64,000 bases of DNA from Macrostomum lignano. Taxonomy: Eukaryota. Shown one piece after another: positions 49,189 through 61,069 of this stretch. Made by a program: the position numbers and the translations under genes. The stretch spans positions 1-64,000 of the forward strand of contig NIVC01001104.1 of the NCBI GenBank assembly GCA_002269645.1. Reading direction: 5' to 3'. A model generated the notes under the pieces. That model was not told where the DNA came from. It made no database searches and saw only the letters and a list, made by a program, of their open reading frames with translations. How positions within the stretch are numbered: the first letter of the stretch is position 1; each line of letters opens with the position of its first letter.

Positions 49189-49919
49189 CGTGATCAGACG
49201 TGATGATCACATTGACCCGCTGTTGCATGCCGCGCTCCTTCAGCTGTCTGAGAAACCGTCCGATCGCCGCGTCGATCTCCGCCAGCACGGGTCCCACAGC
49301 GCCTGGTCCTTGGCCGTGCGCGGTGAAGTCTGGCTCGTCGTGATACGCCACCACCAGTCTGGCCTGGCCGTTAGTCAGCCAGTCCAGCACCCTGTCAAGC
49401 CCGGCGCTGAGCTCCGGTGATTGCGCAACTTTGTCACCCCGCTTTTCTGTCCGCGGCGTCAAGTAGGTTGGCAGTCGGCCACCAATGGCCACGTGACCGC
49501 CGGGCCACCTGTACACACCAGCGCGCAGGCCGCTCGCTTCCGCTGTCAGCCAAATTGGCTCGGATGCGTTCCACCAACGCTCGTCGTCAGTATTAAACAT
49601 GTCGACTGTTTCATTGAAAACCGGGTCGAACATCTGATTGTTGACTACGCCGTGAACCTCTTGGTGTTGGCCAGTAACCATGGTCCAATGGTTGGCCGCT
49701 GTTTTGGTCATGTAGGCCGGCTTAATCCTGGCCGCGTAGGCGCCTTCTAGTTGCGCCAGTCTATTCATATTTGGCGTCTCATTAGCGAATAGTGTCAGAT
49801 AGTCGTACCGAAAGCCGTCCAATGAAATCAGTAGTAGCGGCGGCTTTGTGCTGCTGCGGCTTTCTTTCAGGGCGGCCGCTGAAGCCAATGGTATCAGCAG
49901 TAGAAGTAGAAGTCCTTGG
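49189..49919 (-). CDS. ENPP-family enzyme, exon 2
   Basis: Signal peptide remainder, LLLISLDGFRYDY, TKTAANHWTMVTG (Thr nucleophile), WWNASEPIW, YHDEPDFTAH and IITSDH. Donor G|GTAAG at 49188. Confidence 0.92.
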
Positions 49920-50639
49920 CTGAAGAGTTGAAAAGAACGAAAAAAGTTTACGATGGAATAAAATAGGGTTTGAGATTATACTGCAGGCTTGTTATGAAGC
50001 AGGTTTGAGAATATACTGGATCGCTTGCTATGAAGCAGAAGGTTTGAACTTATACTGGAGGCTTGCGATGTAACCGAAAGGATGGTTGAAATGGGTGGTA
50101 TAAAGTTTGTCAAGACACCAGTGTCAGCACTTTTATTTAAAGCATCTCAGAATTAAATTTAAGTACTTATATTTTTGCTGCATTTCAAACGCTATATTGA
50201 CAATATACTTCCAACAATAGGGTTCCATAGTCTCATTCAGTTAAATGTTTAAGTTAACTAGTACTTAGCTACTTGTCATTCTATTGTCTGTCATCTGTCA
50301 AGCACTATCTAAAGGATACGACGATTGTAAGGATTGTCTTGACAGTGTAATTGCCAATGGCATCGCTTTAGCTATCGATCCTATTCTGTTAGGCATTCAG
50401 CCGCAAGTGTTGCTTGCTGCTTGAAGCCTCTATTTATTATAAGGCGTTAAAGAGAATTCGGCGAATGCTATTTCCTCTCCGCTGGGCCAGCTGAGTACCT
50501 CTCTCCTGCGTTGAGCATTCTTGAATGCCGGAATGCCGCTCAACAGAAAGCAGACAGCCCGGAGTGAAGTCTTGTCTTTCTTTTTTGACAGATGCAGCTG
50601 TATCGGAATTTTTCCCAGTCGAAATTCTCTAAAACTTAC

Positions 50640-50656
50640 CTGAGTAGGTGATTCAT
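50640..50656 (-). CDS. ENPP-family enzyme, exon 1 (start, 17 nt)
   Basis: ATG AAT CAC CTA CTC AG|GTAAGT. Phase 2 joins the 49919 acceptor to give MNHLLSQGLLLLLLIPLASA. Total 446 aa. Confidence 0.7.
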
Positions 50657-51719
50657 AGTTTATGCAACGTCCTTGTATGTGCGCGTTCTTTTTTGCTTTT
50701 GGCCGATTCGTTAACTTCTTGCTTACCTTTAAATGCACAGTTTTGTCTCTCAGCCTTGAAGACTTGCTTGTGTATGTGTACAAGTGTACGCAAACTGCGC
50801 TTTGCACACAAGCCCTGCAGCACACGCGCTGCCTCTAGGACGAACTAGCTGCAATTAAAAAAGGAACTAAGTTGGGGTTGAAAATGACTGCGCTATCGCA
50901 GACTGATAACTGACAGGTTTTTTCAACTGTTTTGTACCGCTTCCAAAGTGGTAGGTTTGGAATCTTACGCCAAGGCGTGCAAGTTAAGTTAACTAACTGT
51001 GTTTGTAGCAGTCTGAAAATTTAACTAATCGCAAAAAAACTTTAGACAACAGTATAAAATGCGAGACACTTAAAATTGACCTTAGCCTTGAACTTAACTG
51101 ACCCCCCATGCGTTGACAACTCGGGGGGTTGTTTTTTAGAGGAGAAAGAAGGCTCTGATTAAAACCCAACCTCGAATCTCGATCACTTAGCAAGGAAATT
51201 GCGTTATTCGACACTGTGAAACTGTCCAGACTCAAGTTAAATCGGCATCGCGCGTTTGAGTTTCCTAGTTGAGTTTTCTTGTAGATGTTCCAATGCATTT
51301 TGAGGGAATACGAGAATGACTAAAAATATTGCGTGCTGTGTATTAAGAAAAGTGGTGAAGTCTTTTAGAGACTTGGTTGTGTCTTCTAGATCTGACCTTC
51401 GGTTTTTGTGTCATAATCTTGCGATGACATGGTCGAATATTGAAATAGATTGGTGATTTTGTTGGCGTTACAACAAAATTTAGTTTTTCAGGATTCTTTT
51501 TTCAAATGTCAATTTCATTGTTATTATTGTCCTTAAAAGTAGTGCTTGAAAGGAATGTTGGTAAGATATCGTTAAATAATAAAAATATAGATTCTGTCAA
51601 TGCCATATTGATCTTGCGAATGGCATAAGAATTTTACGAAAAAACACCAGGATCTGGGGTGTCCTTATGTTACCCCCCCCCGTGTATTTATACTCGTAAA
51701 TCTGACGATGTCTTATAGA

Positions 51720-51900
51720 GTTTGATAATGTCTTTTAGAGACTTGACGGTATCTTGCTGAGACTTAATGGCATCCGGCTAAGACTTGACGGTATTTTGTT
51801 GAGACTTGATGGTATCTTATTGAGACTTGACGTTATCTTATTGTGACTTGACATTATCTTGTTGAGAGTTGACGATGAGACTTGACGGCATCTTCTGACT
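51720..51900. repeat. Short ~21-bp degenerate tandem repeat
   Basis: GAGACTTGACGGTATCTT-like units. Confidence 0.8.
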
Positions 51901-54259
51901 GCCTAAATGTGCTGCAAAGTAGAAAAACGGTAAAAATGACATTCACACATATTCTAATTGGTATATACTGGTGTAGTTGCATGAGACATGAGACTAATCG
52001 CACAACTTATTTCCCTAAAACCCGTTGGCAGCTCATATCGATATACATTAGCTGGAGTTTTTTAGCTCTCCTTCACGCCGTATCCCGCACGCAGCGGCGG
52101 CATTATGCGGTTGTTTGCGATAGACAAACTGTACCAGCGTCGCGTTGAAAGAGAGGAAAAAGGGGGAGAGGCGGGTGAGACTGAAAGCTTCTCCCAAGTC
52201 TCTGAGGCAACAATGCCCGCCGTGTCTGGATCTTGGTGAATCGAACAGCTCCGCTTTACACGGCGAAGTGTCAAACTTGCTGATAGATGAAGTATGTGCA
52301 AAGCTGCTTTGAAAGCAATCAAATTTTGTTCTAAGATATATAAAGCTACTTTACAGCAAGACACAGTTAAATTGTTTTTTTTATTCAAATCGTAAAATAA
52401 TTGTTGCTTAAAAATTGCAATCATCACTGGTTGTCATAATAAAAGCCAGCAGAATTCGCGACTAACAATACTGGAATAGCCTGGGTAAAATGGGGTTGCT
52501 GCTGGATGCCAGAGCGATCCTAAATTAAAATGATTCCTAAATGATTCAAGCGCGCATTATCTGTGCTATAAAAAATTCATAACTGAAACGAAGAAGGATC
52601 CATGATGCGAAGATAGGCTTGTCGGGAATCAGATGGCAGATCAATGCCGATTCTCCTTTGTGTTGCAACGAGCAACTCTCCTCAAGCATTTGTGCTGCTA
52701 TTGTTTGCCAAAACTGCCAGTTCTAAAACGGGAGCCCTAAATCAAAGATGGCAATTTGGGATAAAGCTAGTTGCTTTTTATTTGAGTAGCTTTTCATGCA
52801 GTTGATGGGAGCTCAAGCGTGCCGCCAATGCTGCTGCTGCTACATAGTTACGTTTTTTAGTTTAGTTTGTTGCTTAAACGCGGCTGGTTGCTTTGTGACT
52901 TTAAAGCCCTAGCCGCTTTTGAAAACAACTCATATTGGCCTAATATGTCATTAGCGCATAGGCGCTGTAAACATCTGGCTTTTTAATTGTGATTATAAAT
53001 GCAGCTGCTAATAATTATGGATGGGGCATGGGATGAGTGAGGGTGACGTTGCAGAATGCGATCTGGGCAGTTCTTGCAGTAGCTCGGAATCCTATTTTGC
53101 TACCACTCTTGCTATCTATAGCCATATTTGATGAACAGTTTTGAGCCTCGGCGGCCGTCTTCTGTAGCTCTTCTTTACAAATATAGCCCCAGAAAAAGAT
53201 CAACCTATCAGAAACGTGTTTGCAATCTGGTACAGAGGGGTGGAACCACCCCCTCTATGATGAGAGAGGCTAGATGTTTATAAGTTATCTATATTTTAGA
53301 CGGAGTAGCTAGCAATCGAACTTTTGTTAAAGAGCTACTCAGAAAAGTAAAATTATTAAGAATTGAAATGGTCAAAAATCAAACAGAATAGCCTGTGCGC
53401 TCATTCCAAAGTCGAACACATTCGTTGCACTCTTATTCTGGATCATGCAAAAAGATGTACAACTTGCGCACTTAATCTAGCTGCTGTTGGCACAGCGCGC
53501 TTATGCCCAGTGTTATGCGCGCATATCCAGTCCTCTCCCCCACAGTTCATAGAATCCGCGGGCATTCTACAGTGCCAGCCCCAACCCTTATAGTGCCATA
53601 TTGCGCCACTGGGGTTCCTTGCGATTTTATCGTTAAGCTCACTTTCAGCTTTCGAGTGCGTTGGAGTGAAATGACGACAGAAAGTGAAAGTTGCTCTGGT
53701 CCTGTGCTATTGTGGACTGCACCATTCACCAAGTATTCGTATATCGTTTCGACAGCTCATATTTGCATAGATCAGCATCGGCTTGGAGTTGATGCTATGC
53801 TCGAAACATCCTAGTCAGATGAAGATGAAGTGAGATGCTCTCACTTCCGCCTGGCTGACTATTTGTTGTCGTGACTAGAAGCACTCTAGACAGTTCGAGT
53901 CTAATTTACAGTAAGATTGCAATACGACTTGATACTGGGCTCTTCTCAATCTATGATCTGCACCTGGATTTTAAAACAAATAATTTATAGGCTTACGCTG
54001 AAAACGGCCATTTAGTCCGCCTTTTTCAAAATTGCAATGATTATTTTGTTTTACTTGAGTTGTCCATGGCGTTTAATGATAGAAACTGTTGTTATTAACG
54101 GTATTGCAAACGGTAACGCAAGCGCACTTAAAGCCGCAGTCGATTTTTACTTTCATTGTCACTGTTATCAGTTTATAATAGGAATCAGTCGGATATTAGT
54201 AGATCGAAATATGGCCGGCTCTCGGGTCGATTCGATAAAAGCTGTTGCGCTTTCATGGC

Positions 54260-54604
54260 TCACTTGCCCCACTCGTACCACTTCTTCTGCTGCTGCCGTC
54301 CGACTCCTCCTTGCTGCCGATGCTGGCGAAGGAGCTTGAAGCCAACTTCAGGAACCGGGTAGTTCTCGTCCGTGTTTCCTGACTGCATCAGCTGCGGCTC
54401 CTCCTCGCTCAGTAGCACGGAAGCCGCCAGCCGGTTAACCAAATCGTCGTACCGATCTCGGGCTACGTTGCGCACTCCGGAGTTCTGCGGCTCGGACACT
54501 GCGGCGGCAGTGACGATGCCAGTTTGGCTACTGATTGCCAGCAGTAGCAGCGATGTAGCGGCTGCCAGCGCGAGCAAATTGGGAATGCTGCGTTGGGACG
54601 GCAT
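54260..54604 (-). CDS. Putative neuropeptide precursor (114 aa)
   Basis: N-terminal signal peptide (LLALAAATSLLLLAISS), acidic spacer, and C-terminal KK-WYEW-GK-stop (dibasic cleavage plus amidation Gly). The ATG directly follows the acceptor ctcacAG (54605). A consensus donor AAG|GTAAGT at 55755 may end a 5'UTR exon. Confidence 0.8.
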   Translation of the reverse strand: MPSQRSIPNLLALAAATSLLLLAISSQTGIVTAAAVSEPQNSGVRNVARDRYDDLVNRLAASVLLSEEEPQLMQSGNTDENYPVPEVGFKLLRQHRQQGGVGRQQQKKWYEWGK

Positions 54605-54934
54605 CTGTGAGTAGTAAGAGTTTTTAAAAAAACTGGTTCACAACTGCTCGCTTTTCTAAAACATTATAATCTGTTGCTTGTACATGTATTTCTTTGAGTA
54701 CTTTCTTGTGGCTCATTCGTGTGTCTTGTTTATTTGTTTAACTGGTTTCGCGAGTTTCGTTCGCAGCGCACCTGCCTGAGTGTTGAAGGTCGCAGCGGTC
54801 GGCCCTCGACAGCTGTAACCCAGCACAACATCAATAAAGCTGAGCGACTGGTAAACTAGAACAGGCAAATAACCTACGACGAGTTACAGTCGCAAAGAAG
54901 ATAGTCGCCTCCTTTATCACCGCCTCCGGCCATC

Positions 54935-55426
54935 TGGTGTCGGTGCCCCTGGAGGATCATCGCACGGTGACTGCGGCATGGTACACCAGCCATTGCCTTC
55001 CTCAGGTCATCAGCGCTTGGTTCCAGAGGCGACAAAACACGAACCCGAGGCCTCCAGCTGCACTAGGACAACGCCAGCACCCACACTGCACGCTTGACTT
55101 CTGCCTTCCTGGAGCAAAATGGAGTCAAGCTGGTCTCCCACCCACCCTACTCGCCTGACCTGGCCCCCTGCGACTTTTTCCTGTTTCCGACAGTCAAACA
55201 GCAGATTCGGGGCCAGCGATTTGAGACCCCAGAGGCAGCCCTGCAAGCTTACATGCATGCAATTGACACCTGCCAAGTTCGGCCTTCTCACACGCTTTTG
55301 AGCAATGGTTTCGCCAAATGGAGAAGTGCATCGCTACTGGAGGGAGTTACTTTGAAAATTTTAGAGTTTTGTTTTGTTATTAGCATTATAACCGTTCCGT
55401 TCTAAAAACTTTCGGAGTGACCCTCG
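54935..55426 (+). mobile_element. Mariner relic, 3' half
   Basis: VPLEDHRTVTAAWY and LVSHPPYSPDLAPCDFFLFP motifs. 3' TIR ends GTGACCCTCG|TA at 55426. Confidence 0.9.
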
Positions 55427-56764
55427 TAAACTCTGACTGTGGAGTGTTAAGATCTCATTAAAATCCTTGCAGCAGTCTGTAGTGTGCAGAAGTAATACTT
55501 TTAGCTCTCAACGACCGTGCCAGTGAGGGAAACTCAGGACAAGTGACTTTCCTTCCTAGCTTGAGTATCTTAAAAGTGAGTTTTTCGAGTCCGAATCGAA
55601 TTGAGATAAAGACAGACTAGATCATATGATATTTTTGCCTTCGACCCGTATTGATTCTTGGAACTGAGTTATCGCCCTGAAACTTTTCCTTCCTGTGCTG
55701 CGGCACGCACTGTCACGACTTACAGGACAATATCACTGAAGTTATCGAAACTTACCTTTATTGCCTAACGAAGTAAATTTGGAGCTTGAGATTTACTGTT
55801 TTATTGAGCCTCAATGCCAACGATATTGAAGGTATGTCTGCGTCAGCAAAAATTCCTCCTGGTTTCCTGGACGTTGCTTCACTTATAATGAGGGGGGATA
55901 GAGGAGGCTGGCTGCGTCGCGATGCGGAACCCTTCAGGCTGGCATTGGCTTCTCCTGGCCTTGTATTGGTCCGATATTGTCATTGGCTTACCTTGCTGAA
56001 TCTTGCTCAGCACGCTCCAGCTAGTCATCGACTCCAGCACGCATCGCATTTGACCCTTATCGCGATGAGCGCCGATTCGTCTTATTTAAACAGTCCTTTC
56101 CTACTGTTTGAATTATATCCAGCATCGCGCTGCTGCTTTGTTAGTAAAAAAAGACAGCGGTGATTGCATCTAAAATTATTCCCGGCATATTGTATCGCTT
56201 CTTTGAGAATTTGCCATATTTGGTAGCTGGGAATTCAAACTCTAAAAATATAGAAATCAGCCAATCGATTGTCACTTAGAATCTTTGTTTAAGCAAATAG
56301 CTAGGCAACGGGAAAATAAATGTTTGAATAGCTACATTTGACTGACTTTTTCCCAGCCGTTTGCAGTCTCTTGTTGCACACTCGTGCACTTTCCTTGATC
56401 TTAATCCCGTAATTTGCATACCAATTTATCTGTGTGCCATTTGAAGACGCTGACGTGCCTTATATCTGCATACATGTAGTAGTATAACTAACAGGCCTCA
56501 GACATTAGTGCACTACCACAGAGGCTCAAGTTGATCCTTTAGCCTAACAAGTATGATGCTAGTGTCGAAGAGCTAATCTTTCTCTAATTTATTGTTAGGG
56601 AAATCCCATCTCAGGCTTGCTCTGCCAGCGCCCGGATTTTCTTCTCGCTTTAGCTATAACTGTCCCTCACCCTTCCCAGCTGTCTCTCCTTTCTCACTAT
56701 CCCATACTCTATTCTATCTGTTAAACTCAACTAGTTGCTAATTGGTTGCCTCGAACACTGCCAG

Positions 56765-56977
56765 GCGGTCGAGAGGGTCGAACCCCTGTAGCCGGTTGCG
56801 AAGTATTCGACTTCCGCGCCTGCAAATGGCGCCCACTGCCCGACCTGCCCAGCCACGGCCGCGTGTTCCCCATCTATGCCCGCACTGGCCGCCGGGTCCT
56901 CTGCATGGGCGGCCTGGACCCCGGCAATCTGGCCAGCGGCTTCTCCTGCCTGTGCCATTCGTTCGATTTGGACACTG
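56765..56977 (+). CDS. KLHDC8: KLHDC8-like, exon 3
   Basis: Acceptor actgccAG at 56764 completes YLF-GGREGRTPVAGCEVFD (cf. YVLGGRQGKLPVTAFEAFD). Donor G|GTGAG at 56978. Confidence 0.88.
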
Positions 56978-57009
56978 GTGAGCAGCTGTTAGATTGCTAT
57001 TGTTGCCGA

Positions 57010-59275
57010 TCCAACCCAGCGAGTCGGCCCAATCCAACGCTGCGAGTCGGCCCAATCCAACCCTGCGAGTCGGCCCAATCCAACCCTGCGAGTCGGCCCA
57101 ATCCAACCCTGCGAGTCGGCCCAATCCAACCCTGCGAGTCGGCCCAATCCAACCCAGCGAGTCGGCCCAATCCAACCCTGCGAGTCGGCCCAATCCAACC
57201 CTGCGAGTCGGCCCAATCCAACCCTGCGAGTCGGCCCAATCCAACCCTGCGAGTCGGCCCAATCCAACCCTGCGAGTCGGCCCAATCCAACCCTGAGAAT
57301 CGCCCCAATCCAACCCTGCGAGTCGGCCCAATCCAACCCTGCGAATCGGCCCAATCCAACCCTGCGAATCGGCCTAATCCAACCCTGCGAATCGGCCCAA
57401 TCCAACCGTGAGAATCGCCCCAATCCAACCCTGAGAATCGCCCCAATCCAACCCTGCGAATCGCCCCAATCCAACCCTGAGAATCGCCCCAATCCAACCC
57501 TGAGAATCGCCCAATCCAACCCTGCGAATCGGCCCAATCCAACCTAAGAATCGCCCCAATCCTACCTGAGAATCGCCCAATCCAACCCTGCGAATCGGCC
57601 TAATCCAACCCTGCGAATCGGCCCAATCCAACCGTGAGAATCGCCCCAATCCAACCCTGAGAATCGCCCCAATCCAACCCTGCGAATCGCCCCAATCCAA
57701 CCCTGAGAATCGCCCCAATCCAACCCTGAGAATCGCCCAATCCAACCCTGCGAATCGGCCCAATCCAACCTAAGAATCGCCCCAATCCTACCTGAGAATC
57801 GCCCAATCCAACCCTGCGAATCGGCCCAATCCAACCTAAGAATCGCCCCAATCCTACCTGAGAATCGCTCCAATCCCACCTGAGAGTCGCCCCAATCCAA
57901 CCCTGAGAATCGCCCCAATCCCACCTGAGAATCGCCCCAATCCAACCCTGAGAATCGCCCCAAACCAACCCTGCGAATCGCCCCAATCCAACCCTGAGAA
58001 TCGCCCCAATAATCCAACCCTAAGAATCGCCCAATCCAACCCTGCGAATCGGCCCAATCCAACCTAAGAATCGCCCCAATCCTACCTGAGAATCGCTCCA
58101 ATCCCACCTGAGAGTCGCCCCAATCCTACCTGAGAATCGCCCCAATCCAACTCTGAGAATCGCCCCAATCCCACCTGAGAATCGCCCCAATCCAACCCTG
58201 CGAATCGGCCCAATCCAACCTAAGAATCGCCCCAATCCTACCTGAGAATCGCTCCAATCCCACCTGAGAGTCGCCCCAATCCAACCCTGAGAATCGCCCC
58301 AATCCCACCTGAGAATCGCTACTATCCCACGTAAGAATCGCCCCAATCCAGCACTGAGAATCGCCCATATCCCACCTGAGAATCGCCCCAATCAAGCACT
58401 GAGAATCGCCCATATCCCACCTGAGAATCGCCCCAATCAAGCACTGAGAATCACCCCAATCATACCTGAGAATCGCCCCAATCCCACCTGAGAATCGCTA
58501 CAATCCCACCTAAGAATCGCCCCAATCCCACCTGAGAATCGCCCCAATCCAGCACTGAGAATCGCCCCAATCATACCTGAGAATCGCCCCAATCTCACCT
58601 GAGAATCGCCCCAATCCCACCTGAGAATCGCTACTATCCCACGTAAGAATCGCCCTAATCCCACCTGAGAATCGCCCCAATCCAACCCCTGAGAATCACC
58701 CCAATCTCACCTGCGAATCGCCCCAATCCAGCACTGAGAATCGCCCCAATCTCACCTGAGAATCGCCCCAATCCAGCACTGAGAATCGCCACAATCATAC
58801 CTGAGAATCGCCCCAATCCCACCTGAGAATCGCTACAATCCCACCTAAGAATCGCCCCAATCCCACCTGAGAATCGCTACAATCCCACCTAAGAATCGCC
58901 CCAATCCAACCCTGCGAATCGCCCCAATCCAACCCTGCGAATCGCCCCAATCCAACCGTGAGAATCGCCCCAATCCAACCGTGAGAATCGCCCCAATCCA
59001 ACCCTGAGAATCGCCCCAATCCAACCCTGAGAATCGCCCCAATCCAATCCTGAGAATCGCCCCAATCCAACCCTGAGAATCGCCCCAATCCAGCCCTGAG
59101 AATCGCCCCAATCCAACCCTGAGAATCGCCTCAATCCAACCCTGAGAATCGCCCCAATCCAACCCTGAGAATCGCCCCAATCCAACCCTGAGAATCGCCC
59201 CAATCCAACCCTGAGAATCGCCCCAATCCCACCTGAGAATCGCCCCAATCCCACCTGAGAATCGCCACAATCCAA
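57010..59275. repeat. 22-23-bp intronic minisatellite with graded variants
   Basis: GAGTCGGCCCAATCCAACCCTGC grading into GAGAATCGCCCCAATCCCACCT and back to ...CCAACCCT. Confidence 0.97.
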
Positions 59276-59369
59276 CTCAACCTACGAGGCTCTGCTTGTA
59301 TCGGCCACTCTATGCGAGTTGCAGTTCCCACACTGAAAAGCTAATCTTTCTCCAACACGCCACACGCAG

Positions 59370-59465
59370 AGCAATGGTCCGAGTGTGCCAACCTGCTGAT
59401 TGGCCGTGCCGACGCCGCCCAGTGCACTCTGGACGATGGCCGGGTCATCCTCGCTGCCGGATTCG
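59370..59465 (+). CDS. KLHDC8: KLHDC8-like, exon 4
   Basis: Acceptor cacgcAG, EQWSECANLLIGRADAAQCTLDDGRVILAAGF, donor G|GTACGG. 96 nt, phase 1/1. Confidence 0.82.
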
Positions 59466-59487
59466 GTACGGGAATCAGCTTGCTACT

Positions 59488-59576
59488 GTCTGTCTTTCTG
59501 TCTGTCTGTCTGTCTTAGTGTCTGTCTGTCTTAGTGTCTGTCTGTCTGTCTGTCTGTCTGTCTTTCTGTCTGTCTT

Positions 59577-59635
<59 letters not shown>

Positions 59636-59645
59636 GCCTGCCTGC

Positions 59646-59683
<38 letters not shown>

Positions 59684-59700
59684 GCTTTAGTGTCTGTTTG
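59488..59700. repeat. (TGTC)n microsatellite
   Basis: Direct reading. Confidence 0.97.
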
Positions 59701-59797
59701 TCTTAGTGCCTTAGCTAGTCTGCTTATCTATTTCACTACCCACACGCCGCACCAGCTTGTGATCACCGCCCCTTCCCATCGCCGATCCCGCCCTCAG

Positions 59798-59994
59798 ACA
59801 ACACTGGCCGGCCCAGCACCTCCTGCCACCTGTACCGGCCGGACTCGGACACCTGGACGGAGCACTCCGCCCTGCCGTCTGGCCACATGAGCTGCGCCTA
59901 CCTGGCCGCCGGAGCCCGGCTCTACCTGGCTGGCGGCATCGCCGAGGGCAGCCTCAGCCAGGCTGTGGACTACCTGGATCTGGCGGCTGTTTGA
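59798..59994 (+). CDS. KLHDC8: KLHDC8-like, last exon
   Basis: Acceptor ccctcAG, ...HMSCAYLAAGARLYLAGGIAEGSLSQAVDYL-stop (cf. RCSCSSLQAGPRLFVIGGVAQGPSQAVEAL). Total 364 aa. Confidence 0.87.
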
Positions 59995-60049
59995 ATTCTC
60001 TGCTAGCTGTGCTGCTGGGGACTCCCTGCTTTAATTAAGTCTGAGCTGG

Positions 60050-60330
60050 ATTTGTCCCAGCCTCATCTATCTCACCCTCTCTTACGTGTATCTACTCTCA
60101 CTATCCCATTCAATCTTATCCAATCTCAACCCGTGTTTTGCCCTGTTCTTATCTATTCTTACTCAGTCTCATCTTATCTCACCCCGTCTTATCTTATCTC
60201 ACTCAGTCTCATCTTATCTCACCCCGTCTTATCTTATCTCAGCCTTATCTAATCTAATCTCACCCTGTTTAATCATATCCCATACTCTCTTATTCTCCCC
60301 ATCCAGTCTCAGCTTATCTCAACAGTCAAT
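60050..60330. repeat. TCTTATCTCA-type low-complexity repeat
   Basis: Recurring TCTTATCTCA/ATCTCA motifs. Confidence 0.75.
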
Positions 60331-61069
60331 GTCTCTCCCTACGCGGCTGCTTCCAATAATTTCAAATCGCTAAAAAGTTGCTGTCCATCATAAACGGATT
60401 CGTGATGCAGTCCTGATTTGTTATAACTTACTTTTTTCTTAACTTTTTGTTAGGGCCAAAATGATGGGACAATGTTTTTCTAATTCTGATGAAGTTTAAA
60501 TGCTTTTTGTCCTACTTATTTGGTTAGTTCAAGTAGTGTAGTTCAAATATCTTGAATCGTGGCTGGCTTCCACCTCTGCTATCCTTGACTTGTGAGACCC
60601 TTTAGTAGCTTGTCACTATATGTTTATAATCTGCGTGACTTACTGTTTTCTACATATTTATTACCTAATCAATGCTTACTGCTATAAAACAATTCTTGGC
60701 TTTATGCTTAATAGTTCATTTTTGCTTTTTTAATACTTCTGATTTATTTGTTTGTAAAGGCATTGGCATGCTATGTGCAAGATTTCTGCCTTTTATAACT
60801 ATTGCTAAACATACACAATGTGCATGTACGTTTAAATGATATTGCAGCAATCAATACCTGCAATTTAAAAGTTCCACATTGTTTTATTAGTTTTACTCAT
60901 TATTTTCTCCTGCTCCGAAATTGAGGGAGTGCGCGAGATTAGCGCGCAAAAGCAGAAGTGCGCGCCGTGATGTAAGCGTGATGTTTTAGTGCGCACTGCT
61001 GGTGTGAAACATTCATTAAATAAATATACATCTGTACAATTCAATACAATACGAACTAACAAGAACAAG

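Noticed and set aside
53234-53273. GC hairpin followed by CTAG as a Helitron 3' end
   Set aside because: CTAG is followed by A rather than T, and no matching 5' TC end or family support is visible.
55786-56163. 125-aa plus-strand ORF
   Set aside because: No recognisable motifs and it lies within the KLHDC8 intron. The minus-strand donors here are better explained as 5'UTR exons of the neuropeptide gene.
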